Below, piece after piece: positions 1 to 10,466 of a stretch of 64,000 nt of DNA. Each line of letters starts with the position of its first letter. The stretch's first letter is position 1. The DNA comes from Ignavibacterium sp. (lineage in GTDB: Bacteria > Bacteroidota > Ignavibacteria > Ignavibacteriales > Ignavibacteriaceae). The stretch is from contig JAGXRK010000061.1 in NCBI GenBank assembly GCA_018335755.1, positions 6,646-70,645 on the forward strand, written 5' to 3'. The notes beneath the pieces were generated by a model, which worked only from the letters and a program-made list of their open reading frames with translations, was not told where the DNA came from and made no database searches. The position numbers and the translations under genes were made by a program.

Positions 1-705
1 ATTGTAAGCTGGTACAGAGTTTTGCTAATGCATGAAGGTATCGGACCGAAAACCGCACAAAAAATTCTTGATGATCTTGCACTTGGCAGACTTACAATTT
101 CCAAAGAGCCTGATGAACAAAAAGATTTTAAACTTCGTGAAAAGCTTGGTCCACTTTTTTATCTGCTTTATCAACTGCATAAGAAAAATAAATTGCCTTC
201 TGAGTTAGTGCAGATGGTTTATGATTATTATTACAAACTCTTCAAAGTGAATTATGATGATTACAATAAACGCAGTAAAGATTTAGATATCTTCCTTAAC
301 ATCGTTGAGAATTATAAATCACTAGATATTTTACTTTCAGATATGGCTATTGAACCCATAATAGAAAGTGTTGTTGATATTGAAGGCACCGATAAAGAAG
401 AAGAATACGTGACACTTTCCACAATACATTCCGCAAAAGGACTGGAGTGGCATACGGTTTTTATTATTCATTGTGTTGAAGGTTACTTCCCTTCTTCACG
501 CTCGGCAGAAAGTGTTGAACAGCTTGAAGAGGAGAGAAGATTAATGTATGTTGCCTCAACAAGAGCAAAGAATAATTTGTTTGTTACTTACCCGATGAAC
601 CTTTACGACAGAGAAGCGGGAATGACATTATCAAAACCATCCAGATTCATTTCAGAAATTTCATCAGATCTTGCACAGGGCTGGCTTTTAGATGATTCAA
701 TGTAG
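1..705 (+). CDS. UvrD/PcrA/Rep-family SF1 DNA helicase, C-terminal part (5' end lies outside the window)
   Basis: The frame is open from base 1. Motifs TLSTIHSAKGLEW and RRLMYVASTRAKNNLF are typical of the UvrD C-terminal helicase domain. Confidence 0.8.
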   Translation: MVSWYRVLLMHEGIGPKTAQKILDDLALGRLTISKEPDEQKDFKLREKLGPLFYLLYQLHKKNKLPSELVQMVYDYYYKLFKVNYDDYNKRSKDLDIFLNIVENYKSLDILLSDMAIEPIIESVVDIEGTDKEEEYVTLSTIHSAKGLEWHTVFIIHCVEGYFPSSRSAESVEQLEEERRLMYVASTRAKNNLFVTYPMNLYDREAGMTLSKPSRFISEISSDLAQGWLLDDSM

Positions 706-741
706 GGAACGGACTCCCGTCCATTCCGCTCTTTTTTATTT
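706..741 (+). terminator. Rho-independent terminator after the helicase gene
   Basis: 9-bp stem ggaacggac/gtccattcc with one mismatch and loop tccc, followed by gctcttttttatttt. Confidence 0.7.
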
Positions 742-846
742 TGAACATTTAAATAATTACATCACATTCTAATTGTTCACCCTTTTCGGATCAGTCAGCC
801 TGTCTGTCGGCAAAGGCAGGGAGACCGATCCCTACGTGTATGTTTT

Positions 847-2311
847 TCACCTCAACAACACCATCTTCCTCGATAATCTATTCTCACCGGCGAATACTGT
901 ATATATATAAACTCCGCTTGGAATATTCTCTCCGTTAAAATTAAGTGTGTAATTACCGGACTGCTGATATCCATAATTTTCTTCAAAAACTCTTTCACCA
1001 AGAATATTGATTACTTCAAACCGTACATCTGAGGCTGATAGAATTTTATATTCAATTGCTGTCACAGGGTTAAATGGATTCGGATAATTTTGATAGAGAA
1101 TGAAACTGCCGGGATTAGACTCATCCTCAACAGAGCCGTAGAGAATAAACTCATTTCTGCCAAACAGTTGTATTTTGCCGTTGGAACTGTCTTCCCACAC
1201 AGTATAAATCGTTTCGGTTCCAAAAGAAGTCCCCAAATTACTTACAGACAGTTTTGACAGAGGGAATTTAACACTCACTAGTGTATCACTAATTCCCCAA
1301 TTAGGCCAGAAATTATCAAAACTTAGTCGAATCCGCTTGTTATTATTTTCATCAACAAAGTAAGAGTGGGGAAATCTGTAATTCTGATACGCAATTCCAT
1401 CTTTAGTTACAACATACGGAATATCGCTCTCGTAACTGTATGTGTTTCCACTATAATTAATTTCAACCGGGAAAACAGATTTGTCAGATGTCCAGTTCAT
1501 AACCTGAAATAATCTTCTGTTTCCGTCAACAGTATCTTCAAAGATTAAACTTATGGGCCAGTATTCATCAATTTGAAAAGTCGGATTACTGCAATCGCAG
1601 GAATCAATAATAATATTTAATGAATCCCATTGTCCATTAATTGTTCTGTGCCTACTGACAAGCTTTTTAATATTATCTCCCTTTTGAACTGCTACAAAGT
1701 GATATCCTGTTTCAGGCATACTTGAATTCCATGCAGAGAATATAATTCCTGAATATTCGGTATAACTATACTCCGCTGAATTAATGAACACTGCTTCAGT
1801 AATAAAGGAGTTATTTTCGTGGAGTGCAACAAAGATTGTGTCCCCTTTTTGAAATAAAATGCTTTGATTGAAAGCCAGAGAAGGTTCGCTGAATAGAAGA
1901 GGTACCGGGTTAATTTCATCTTCCTGAGAATTTACAAGATATTCTATTTCACTCCAGTTATTTATGACATACTTTCGGTATGCAATATCCCAGTTTCCGT
2001 TTTTATTAGTTTGAAAAAAAAATGAATTCAGGAACTGCAGCCGGATTAATGTTTAACGAATTATCTGAAGTAATTAGAATCGGATCTTCAAATGCATCAG
2101 GCCAATGCATATATTTGGCAAAAGCTATATTCGAACCGGAATTTGTTTGCATCTCGAAGAATATTCCTGAGGGATCAATAAATGGACCTCTTGCCATTGC
2201 AGGATTTCTGGCATTATATTCACCACCAGTAATTTGTATTATCTGAAAATCCTGTGCAGTAAGCTGGAAGGTAAGTAAAATCAACAACGGAAATAATATT
2301 GTCTTTTTCAT
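847..2311 (-). pseudogene. T9SS-sorted secreted protein interrupted by a single frameshift in an A9/T9 homopolymer (2014-2022)
   Basis: ORF 2006-2311 supplies a signal peptide (MKKTILFPLLILLTFQLTAQ). My hand translation shows the frame of ORF 847-1791 stays open upstream to 2022. Its C-terminus has the NYPNPFNPVTAIEY sorting tail. Removing one T from the run fuses the two frames. Confidence 0.75.
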
Positions 2312-2340
2312 GACATTCTCCTGATTGTTAATTCAAACTT

Positions 2341-2382
2341 ATAAAAAAGAAATAAAAAAGGCGAGCCGTTATGACTCGCCTA
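2341..2382 (-). terminator. Rho-independent terminator of the BNR-repeat protein gene
   Basis: On the minus strand, ggcgag-tcataacgg-ctcgcc is followed by ttttttatttctttttt. Confidence 0.75.
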
Positions 2383-2390
2383 ATAGAACC

Positions 2391-2439
2391 AGACCTCCGA
2401 GGTTTTATACTTCGGATTGGTGCTGAACCTCGGAGGTCT
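2391..2439. repeat. Perfect 14-bp inverted repeat (hairpin) directly after the stop of the 2447-5872 gene
   Basis: agacctccgaggtt (2391-2404) pairs with aacctcggaggtct (2426-2439). The 12-mer aacctcggaggt recurs in the secF terminator at 14622-14633. Confidence 0.7.
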
Positions 2440-2446
2440 CTGAAAT

Positions 2447-5400
2447 TTACTTCATAAGCAGCATTTTCTTAACCGACTTAAAACTGCCGGCTTCTATTGA
2501 GTAGAAATAAACACCTGATGCAAATGTGCTTGCATCAAAGTTAATCTCGTATCTTCCTGCTTTTTGATTGTTGTTAACAAGTGTAGCAACCTTTTCACCA
2601 AGCAGATTATAAACAGAAAGATTCACAAATCCATCCTGCGGTATCGAGAATTTAATTGTAGTTGCAGGATTGAACGGATTAGGATAATTCTGTTCAAGTG
2701 CAAAAACTAATGGAGGATTAACTTCAACATTCACTTCACTTGAATATGCAAAAGTTCCATCGAAATCCATCTGCTTTAATCTATATGTATATGAACCAAC
2801 AGCAACATTCTGATCGCTGTATGAGTATGTACGAGCTTCCGTTGTCGTACCGAAACCTGGTATGAAACCGACTTTTTCAAAACTACCGGAACCGGCTTTT
2901 CTTTCTACTTCAAATCCGCTGTTGTTCACTTCTGTAGCAGTTGACCAGTTCAAAGAGACCTTATCATCAACTATTGAAGCAGTAAAGGATGTCAATTCAA
3001 CAGGAATTACAAGATCTTTCATAAGCTGTTCAACAGCATTTTCAATGAGCGCTTCAGCAACGGAAGATGGAGAAACCTGCGATATTGCAAATGTAAAGAA
3101 TACATTTCTGATTATCGTTGTGTCATTATCCGGATTATAGATTATAATACTTCCATTTGCAGGGGCAGTTGTATTACTCCAGTTTGCTAATCTTCTAACT
3201 CCGGGTTTGCCAGGTAAAATAGTAACTTCATCTCTGGCACCCCAGCCGGTTCCACCGCTGTTAAGAACTGTAATTGCAGAAGGAAGTGTATTAGGATCGT
3301 TGAACAATGGATGAAAAGGATCTGTTACTGCTATATTTCCATTGGTTCTGTCACTAACCCAGGAACTGTCATTCAGCACTTCTCTTCGGAATGGAGGATC
3401 CAAATCAGTTGTTGTACCAGAATTCCTGAACACATAACCAACTTCACCACCTTCAGTTAGAGTTTTTCCGCCAGCTAAGGTAAATCTGACAACCGCAGCT
3501 CTAACTGCAGCATTTCCGAATATTGCTGATTCTTTAACACCTGCGCTTAATATTATCACATCATAAGAAGAAAATATTGAGGTATCAACTGAGCTAAAAT
3601 TGAATTGTTCAGCCGTAAAACCTGCAGCATTCAAAGTATTTGTAAATAATGTTGCTGAAACACCAAGCGGACTGAGCATATCGCCTTCTCCGCCTTTTGC
3701 ACCTGAAGTTCTTTCAACCAATGTTGCATCATCATCAAGTACAAGAATAACACCTCTTGTATCAATTATGTTGAATGTATGGTAACCAGTTGCGGGATTA
3801 TATGCAATATTACTCTGACTTGAATTGTCGGTAGCTTTAATTCTGTATTCAACCTGATCACCAATTTGAACAGTTAAAGCAGGGAACATTCCACTGTATG
3901 CATTACCGCTGGTGTTTGCCATCGGGAAAGTGCTTACTGCCCCGCCATTTACTCTAACCTCACCTTCAACAGAACTTACACCAATGTTATCTGTAGCCTG
4001 AGCAGTTATGCCAACAGGCCATCTTATCAAAGCAACATTACCTATTGGTAAATGAGTAATTACAGGAGGAACAATATCCGTAGCAGCTTCAAATGTATAA
4101 TATGCAGCCGGAGCTCCACCCGGAGAGGTAGAGGATACAATTGCTGAATCTTCTGCAAAAATGTAATAATTGTAAATCGAAGGTGTGCCGTTACCCGGAA
4201 TACTTGCTGTATAATCGTCATTGCCTATGCTGATCATTGAAAGTGTATCCGATAAAACACCTGCACCTCTTCCCCAGATGAGTTTAATTCTGTCAGGATT
4301 CATTGGAGCGGGTGAAGTTATATTTGCATTAATCACATAAGGACCATTCATATCCTCAGTGTTTTCTAGTGAAGTATGAACTATTCCGGGTCCATAAACT
4401 ACTTCGGCTATCCAGCCCTGATAGTTTCCTGTTCGGTCATCAGCCCAGTAAGGATATGCCCTGTTATTCAAAGCGGCAATTCCGATATAATCACCTTGAT
4501 ATCCGCCTGCTAAACCTGAGATAGGTTTTGGTCTAAAATTAGCATCGCTCACTCTGAAGTTTTCAAAAGTTAATCCGCCATCAATTGAATTGGCCATATA
4601 AACTCCTGCACTGTCATTATTAACTTCGCGGCTGTCATAAAAAACAACATCCACTCTTCCGGTCGTCTGATCGACTGTGCACCAGGGATAATACTGATCT
4701 TTACCATTATTAATTGGATCGTCATTTACTCTTACAGGTGCTGACCAGGTTGAACCACCGTCTGTGGATCTGATCATAACAATATCCGGATCATTTCCTG
4801 CAGGTGTTACACTTCTTTGCGGCCAGGTTATATAAATATAACCATTGTATGGTCCACCGGATCTGTCAACAGACATTGATGGAAAAGAGGCAACGCGGAT
4901 GGATGTAGGTTTTAGATTTCCTCTAATACCAAAATTGATACCATTATTTGGTGTAAGTGCACCGTAAATTCTTGCACTGGTCCAGGTAACACCACCATTT
5001 GTTGATTTAGCAAAACCAATTGCATCTTCACCACCGGGCCAGCCATCATAAATAGCAAAAGCAGCATAAACTTCTCCATTAGGACCAGTATTGATATTTA
5101 CACCCTGAGCATGACTTCCTGGAGATAATGAGCTGCTCAAATTAATTGAGCCAGACCAGGTTTGACCAAAATTGGAGGACCATCTTATAACTACTTGGTC
5201 GGTGTTAGCTCCGCCAAAATCTGTCCACGACGAATATACTCTGTTTACGTAAGGACTTGTTGGTGTCTTATCAACATATAAATGATTCTTGTCAGCAAGA
5301 GATCCTGGATTAGGAGCGACCTGATAGCTGGTCCAGTTGGCTCCATTATTTGTAGAAACAGCAATTCCCTGTCCGCTATTATTAGCAATGTAACCAACAT

Positions 5401-5872
5401 AAAACCGTCCATCAACACCAATTACAGCCGCAGGATCACCACTATTACTGCCAAAAGGAGGATTATCAAAGCCAGTCCATGGTGTTGCCCCTGCATCAGT
5501 AGTCCAATAAACACCTGTGCCATAAATACCTGCTACGGGCCAGGGAGTGGCATTAGCTGACGCAAATAATATACTGCTGTTTAGCGGATGTATATCAATA
5601 CTAGTTTCAGATTGAGTAGTATTTGTTGTGGGTAAAGGTCTGTAATTAGGATTCACCGTAACTTCTGTATTTTCCAAATTATAAAATACCGGAACCTGCT
5701 TTGGTTCTTTATAAATATAGTCCGGATTAAAAAATAGATTGCCAGAATTGGTGTCAACTTTTATTCTTGACCACATTCTGGGATCAGTTGAATTATCTTC
5801 CTGCGCAAACGATGTAAACGCAGCTAAGATTAAAAAAGATAATACAAACAATGATTGGAGCATTTTGTTCAT
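2447..5872 (-). CDS. Large secreted BNR/Asp-box repeat (sialidase-like beta-propeller) protein with C-terminal T9SS sorting domain
   Basis: Signal peptide MNKMLQSLFVLSFLILAAFTSFAQ. Asp-boxes STNNGANW, SSNFGQTW, STNGGVTW, STDGGSTW and SIDGGLTF. C-terminal NYPNPFNPATTIKFSIP. Confidence 0.85.
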   Translation of the reverse strand: MNKMLQSLFVLSFLILAAFTSFAQEDNSTDPRMWSRIKVDTNSGNLFFNPDYIYKEPKQVPVFYNLENTEVTVNPNYRPLPTTNTTQSETSIDIHPLNSSILFASANATPWPVAGIYGTGVYWTTDAGATPWTGFDNPPFGSNSGDPAAVIGVDGRFYVGYIANNSGQGIAVSTNNGANWTSYQVAPNPGSLADKNHLYVDKTPTSPYVNRVYSSWTDFGGANTDQVVIRWSSNFGQTWSGSINLSSSLSPGSHAQGVNINTGPNGEVYAAFAIYDGWPGGEDAIGFAKSTNGGVTWTSARIYGALTPNNGINFGIRGNLKPTSIRVASFPSMSVDRSGGPYNGYIYITWPQRSVTPAGNDPDIVMIRSTDGGSTWSAPVRVNDDPINNGKDQYYPWCTVDQTTGRVDVVFYDSREVNNDSAGVYMANSIDGGLTFENFRVSDANFRPKPISGLAGGYQGDYIGIAALNNRAYPYWADDRTGNYQGWIAEVVYGPGIVHTSLENTEDMNGPYVINANITSPAPMNPDRIKLIWGRGAGVLSDTLSMISIGNDDYTASIPGNGTPSIYNYYIFAEDSAIVSSTSPGGAPAAYYTFEAATDIVPPVITHLPIGNVALIRWPVGITAQATDNIGVSSVEGEVRVNGGAVSTFPMANTSGNAYSGMFPALTVQIGDQVEYRIKATDNSSQSNIAYNPATGYHTFNIIDTRGVILVLDDDATLVERTSGAKGGEGDMLSPLGVSATLFTNTLNAAGFTAEQFNFSSVDTSIFSSYDVIILSAGVKESAIFGNAAVRAAVVRFTLAGGKTLTEGGEVGYVFRNSGTTTDLDPPFRREVLNDSSWVSDRTNGNIAVTDPFHPLFNDPNTLPSAITVLNSGGTGWGARDEVTILPGKPGVRRLANWSNTTAPANGSIIIYNPDNDTTIIRNVFFTFAISQVSPSSVAEALIENAVEQLMKDLVIPVELTSFTASIVDDKVSLNWSTATEVNNSGFEVERKAGSGSFEKVGFIPGFGTTTEARTYSYSDQNVAVGSYTYRLKQMDFDGTFAYSSEVNVEVNPPLVFALEQNYPNPFNPATTIKFSIPQDGFVNLSVYNLLGEKVATLVNNNQKAGRYEINFDASTFASGVYFYSIEAGSFKSVKKMLLMK

Positions 5873-6130
5873 TCGTTTCTCCTGAAGGCAATTATTTAGA
5901 TTGGGTTAATTAATTAATTAATTTCTTTTGGATATTAAACTTGCAGTCAAGCGTGATATTTAATTTAAAGCGGGCTTCTTGAGAAAAGATTCCCTTATAA
6001 CTAACTTGAGGCATCAAAAAAAAATATTCCGAAAGTATTTACTTATTATTTAATAAACGTAAAAATAAGCATATATTTTATTAAGCCAAGCGCATTTTTT
6101 AATATATTTTAAGCCCGATAAAACAATCCT

Positions 6131-7219
6131 ATGGTTCTAATTATAATTATCGCCGCCATCCTCCTGGTTTATTTAATCACAATTATATTATTTAAGAATG
6201 GTCTTAAAAAAGTATTTATACCAACTCTTACTGACGCAATAAATATTAAAGTAAGTATTGTTATTTCTGCTAAGAATGAGGAAAGAAACCTGGAAAATCT
6301 TATCAAAGCACTTGATGAACAGGAATATCCAAAAGAATTTTTCGAAGTGATAATTGTTGATGATAACTCAAAGGATGCAACTCTTGCAAAAACAAAATCA
6401 TTAATATCTGAAAAGCATAACTTTACAGTAATTTCAAACACTAATCCCGATCTGCCTCCCAAAAAAGGAGCGCTTGCATTGGGAATTGAAAATGCAAATA
6501 ATGATTTTATTTTGATTACAGACGCAGATTGCACCCCGCTACCAGGATGGATCAATACCTTTGTAAGCAAATTCAGGGACGGTTACGATTTTATATTCGG
6601 TATTGCTCCGTTTAATGAACAAAATAGCTCCGATATTAACTCATTTGCCTGCTTTGATAATCTTAGAAGTACATTGCTTACATTTTCTGCTTCTGGATTA
6701 GGAATGCCTTTTTCTGCATCTGCAAGAAGTTTCGGCTTTAAGAAAGATTCATTTAACCGGATTGGCGGATATAAGAACACTTTTCAAACTTTAGGGGGCG
6801 ATGACGACCTGCTATTACAAGCAGCAATTAAAAACAATTTGTCAATAGGCACTGTTACAGACAGACAGGCTTTTGTTTACTCAAATTCTCCCTTTACTTT
6901 TAAGGAGTTTATTGCTCAAAAGAAAAGGCACATAAAAACTTCACACTACTATTTATTAAAAAACAAACTGCTTGTTGGCTACTGGCATACAATAAATCTT
7001 TTATGTTTTATCTCAATACTGTTAGTTCCTTTTTCAATCTATTTTCTGGCTTTATTTGCAACCAAAATGATAGCTGATTTTTATACAATAAAAAACAGAC
7101 AGTCAGATTTAGCCTATAATTTTTATGATTATGAAATCCCTCTTTTTCAATTTCTCTATGAATTACTTGTTGTCTTTCATTTTATCAACTCTTTCACAAC
7201 GTTAAAGCGATGGAGGTAA
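6131..7219 (+). CDS. Family 2 glycosyltransferase, membrane-anchored
   Basis: VSIVISAKNEE...IIVDDNSKD, DADCTP and GGDDDLL motifs, with N- and C-terminal hydrophobic segments. Confidence 0.8.
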   Translation: MVLIIIIAAILLVYLITIILFKNGLKKVFIPTLTDAINIKVSIVISAKNEERNLENLIKALDEQEYPKEFFEVIIVDDNSKDATLAKTKSLISEKHNFTVISNTNPDLPPKKGALALGIENANNDFILITDADCTPLPGWINTFVSKFRDGYDFIFGIAPFNEQNSSDINSFACFDNLRSTLLTFSASGLGMPFSASARSFGFKKDSFNRIGGYKNTFQTLGGDDDLLLQAAIKNNLSIGTVTDRQAFVYSNSPFTFKEFIAQKKRHIKTSHYYLLKNKLLVGYWHTINLLCFISILLVPFSIYFLALFATKMIADFYTIKNRQSDLAYNFYDYEIPLFQFLYELLVVFHFINSFTTLKRWR

Positions 7220-8028
7220 GGAATTCTATCCCGTGGCTGGATAAAAAGCATCCAAACCACGAGCGATGGAAAAGAGGGCGGGAGCTTTCAATTGAACGGG
7301 GGAATTTGGTTAAGTTAATTCTTAAGCAAACTTTATGTTTGGATAATCTTAATATATTAGATCTGGGTTCGGGTGAAGGCGGTACAGCTTTTGTTTTATC
7401 TGATAAAAATTCAGTTGTAAGTTTAGATATTAATCTTGTTCGATTAAAAAGACAGGATAAAAATTTTAATATAAAAAAAGTAAACGGCAGTGCTTTAGTT
7501 CTGCCTTTTGCATCAAACTCATTTGATATAATCATTCTGCAGGATGTTATTGAACACCTTGAACAAACTCACATTATCATTGAAGAAATGCACCGAGTGC
7601 TAAAACCACAGGGAGTTGTATACCTCAGCACACCAAACAGGTTTTCAGTAATTAATATAATTTTCGATCCGCATTGGGGAATGCCTTTTCTTTCATTACT
7701 TAACCGACAGAACATTAAGAATTTTTACTTAAAGAGATTCAGAAAAACTGAAATGAACCGGACTGATATCGCTGAGTTATTATCGCTGAAGGATTTGCTG
7801 AGATTTTTTTCAAACTATTTTCATTTGCGTCTTTTCACAACCTACACAGTTAAGGAATTGCTGGATGGTAATAAAGGAATTGTTTGGAGTGATTTCCATT
7901 TATCTACTATCAGAATTATAAAAAAAATAAGTCTTGACAAAGTTTTAATTTCAGCAGCCAATAATAAATTCGGATTAATCAATAAATACTTTACTCCGAC
8001 TTTTTATATGGTTTTGATAAAACAATAG
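7210..8028 (+). CDS. Class I SAM-dependent methyltransferase
   Basis: Motif I ILDLGSGEGG, then DIIILQDVIEHL and LKPQGVVYLSTPN. Overlaps the GT2 gene by 10 nt. Confidence 0.75.
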   Translation: MEVRNSIPWLDKKHPNHERWKRGRELSIERGNLVKLILKQTLCLDNLNILDLGSGEGGTAFVLSDKNSVVSLDINLVRLKRQDKNFNIKKVNGSALVLPFASNSFDIIILQDVIEHLEQTHIIIEEMHRVLKPQGVVYLSTPNRFSVINIIFDPHWGMPFLSLLNRQNIKNFYLKRFRKTEMNRTDIAELLSLKDLLRFFSNYFHLRLFTTYTVKELLDGNKGIVWSDFHLSTIRIIKKISLDKVLISAANNKFGLINKYFTPTFYMVLIKQ

Positions 8029-8087
8029 TTCACAACAATTTGAAATAAAAATCAAATAATATATTTTTCGCTTAAAGGTTTTATTAA

Positions 8088-8480
8088 ATGGACTACGATA
8101 AACTATCCCAAAAAGCAATAGAAGCAAAAAAACTTGCCTTCCCTCCCTATTCTAATTTCAGAGTGGGTGCCGCACTTCTTACAGCAGATGATAAATTATA
8201 TCTTGGATGTAATATTGAAACAAGCTCATACAGTTTAACAATCTGTGCTGAACGTACAGCAGTATTTAAAGCAATATCTGAAGGTGAAAGAAAATTTAAA
8301 GCCATAGCAATCGCAAGTGATGCGGAGGATTTTATTTCTCCCTGCGGTGCCTGCAGACAGGTTATGAGTGATCTTTGCGGAGATATTGATGTTATTATGC
8401 TTAATTCAAAAGGTGAAAAGAGGATTGAAAAAATGTCAACCCTGCTTCCTTATGCTTTTAGTGATAAGGATCTTAAATAA
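8088..8480 (+). CDS. cdd: Cytidine deaminase
   Basis: 130 aa with zinc-ligand motifs CAERTA and PCGACRQ. Confidence 0.9.
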   Translation: MDYDKLSQKAIEAKKLAFPPYSNFRVGAALLTADDKLYLGCNIETSSYSLTICAERTAVFKAISEGERKFKAIAIASDAEDFISPCGACRQVMSDLCGDIDVIMLNSKGEKRIEKMSTLLPYAFSDKDLK

Positions 8481-8522
8481 TTTAATTAATAAATTCAATT
8501 ACACTAACTACTTAAATTTTAT

Positions 8523-9101
8523 ATGAACGAACTTGCCCCGCATTCAATGCCGAAAGACATAGGGTGGATAGAAGTGATAGCCGGCTGTATGTTCAGCGGC
8601 AAAACTGAAGAGCTGATCCGCCGTGTAAGAAGAGCAACAATAGCAAAACAAAAAGTAAAAGTTTTCAAACCTAAAATAGATACCCGCTACTCTGAAGGTT
8701 CGATAGTTTCGCACAGCGAACAATCACTTCCTTCAACTATAATCGAAGATGTACGCGAAATTATTCACCTATCAAAAGATGCTCAGGTTGTTGGTATAGA
8801 CGAAGCACAGTTTTTTTCCAATGATTTAATGCACGTCTGCAATACGCTTGCCTCAAATGGTAAAAGAGTAATAGTAGCAGGACTTGATCAGGATTATCGC
8901 GGCATTCCATTCGAGCCAATGCCTCAATTATTGGCTATTGCAGAATATATAACAAAGACTCTTGCCATTTGCGTTAACTGCGGAAATCCTGCCGATAAAA
9001 CACAGCGTAAAATCGTTTCAGCAGAAAGAGTTGTTGTTGGAGCATCAGATATTTATGAAGCACGCTGCCGTAAATGTCATTATATTCCGGAAGAAAATTA
9101 G
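8523..9101 (+). CDS. tdk: Thymidine kinase
   Basis: P-loop [18 protein letters not shown] and a C-terminal CxxC...CxxC zinc ribbon. 192 aa. Confidence 0.9.
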   Translation: MNELAPHSMPKDIGWIEVIAGCMFSGKTEELIRRVRRATIAKQKVKVFKPKIDTRYSEGSIVSHSEQSLPSTIIEDVREIIHLSKDAQVVGIDEAQFFSNDLMHVCNTLASNGKRVIVAGLDQDYRGIPFEPMPQLLAIAEYITKTLAICVNCGNPADKTQRKIVSAERVVVGASDIYEARCRKCHYIPEEN

Positions 9102-9110
9102 AATAACACT

Positions 9111-10466
9111 ATGGATTTAAATTCAGTTTTTCGGGGAATTTTAGGAATACTTCTTTTAATTGGTATTTCTTTCCTTATCTCTAATAATAAAAAAAAAATT
9201 AACTGGCGGCTAGTTCTTTCAGGATTAAGCATTCAATTTGTATTTGCTTTACTCATCCTAAAAGGTGAAAATCTTCGCAGCATTTTTTCTCCATTAGCCT
9301 GGCCTAAAGATTTCTTTGCTTCAGTAAGCTATGTTTTTGTGCTTGTACTTAACTTCACAACTGAAGGTGCACAATTTGTCTTTGGTAATCTGGCTTTACC
9401 ACCGGGATCTGAAAATAGTCTTGGATTCTTTTTCGCATTTCAGGTGCTGCCGACAATTATTTTCTTCGCAAGTCTTATGTCTGTTTTATATTACCTTGGA
9501 ATAATGCAGCGTATCGTTCAGGGAATGGCTTGGGTTATGGCAAAGATTATGGGAACAAGCGGGGCTGAATCTCTTTCTTGCACAGCAAATATTTTTGTTG
9601 GTCAAACAGAGGCACCTTTGATGATAAAGCCTTTCATTAAAGATATGACTAAAAGCGAAGTGCTTACAATAATGGTTGGAGGAATGGCTACTATTGCCGG
9701 CGGAGTAATGGCTGCTTACATTCAGATACTCGGCAGTGCTTATTCGGTTTCACACGGCATACCGCTTATTGAAGCACAGCAGATGTTTGCTACTCAATTA
9801 TTAGGGGCTAGTGTTATGGCTGCTCCTGCTGCAATGGTGATTGCAAAAATTCTTATACCGGAAACAAGTGATCCAAAAACAAAAGGCTTTGTAAAAGTTG
9901 AAGTTGAAAAAAATGCTTCAAATATTATTGAATCCGCTGCTAACGGTGCAGGTGATGGATTAAAATTAGCTCTTAATGTTGGTGCTATGTTAATTGCATT
10001 CATCGCATTGATTGCAATGATAAATTATCTATTAAACGGTCTTGGCGATATTCTTAATGTTAATAATTCACTTAATGAAAATTTCGGAAGTCCACTTAGC
10101 TTCCAATTGATAATTGGTATGGTGCTTCAGGGAGTTGCTTTCGGAATTGGGGTACCGTGGGAGGATGCTCTCAACTTCGGAAGCTTACTAGGAACTAAAA
10201 TTGTGCTTAACGAATTTGTTGCATATTCTGATATGGGCAAACTTGTTGAAACAGGAAAACTACTGAATGAAAAAACAATACTTATGGCTACTTATGCTTT
10301 ATGTGGATTCGCAAACTTCAGTTCTATTGCAATTCAGATTGGGGGACTTGGACCAATTGCCCCGAATAAAAAATCAGAAATTGCTCAACTTGGAATTAAG
10401 GCTGTAACCGGAGGAGTGATTACTACTTTGCTTACGGCTACTTTAGCCGGATTATTATTTTCTTAA
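9111..10466 (+). CDS. nupC: NupC/CNT-family concentrative nucleoside transporter
   Basis: Polytopic membrane protein with GTSGAESLSCTANIFVGQTEAPL and NEFVAY motifs. Confidence 0.85.
   Translation: MDLNSVFRGILGILLLIGISFLISNNKKKINWRLVLSGLSIQFVFALLILKGENLRSIFSPLAWPKDFFASVSYVFVLVLNFTTEGAQFVFGNLALPPGSENSLGFFFAFQVLPTIIFFASLMSVLYYLGIMQRIVQGMAWVMAKIMGTSGAESLSCTANIFVGQTEAPLMIKPFIKDMTKSEVLTIMVGGMATIAGGVMAAYIQILGSAYSVSHGIPLIEAQQMFATQLLGASVMAAPAAMVIAKILIPETSDPKTKGFVKVEVEKNASNIIESAANGAGDGLKLALNVGAMLIAFIALIAMINYLLNGLGDILNVNNSLNENFGSPLSFQLIIGMVLQGVAFGIGVPWEDALNFGSLLGTKIVLNEFVAYSDMGKLVETGKLLNEKTILMATYALCGFANFSSIAIQIGGLGPIAPNKKSEIAQLGIKAVTGGVITTLLTATLAGLLFS

Noticed and set aside
1692-2246. ORFs 1692-1919(-) and 2022-2246(+)
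   Set aside because: Both lie inside the frameshifted T9SS cargo gene in other frames or on the other strand. The frame of 847-1791 is open across this stretch, so these are shadow ORFs.
5906-5930. (TTAA)n-like low-complexity run upstream of the BNR protein gene
   Set aside because: It is a short AT-only simple repeat in an AT-rich spacer, with no evidence of function.
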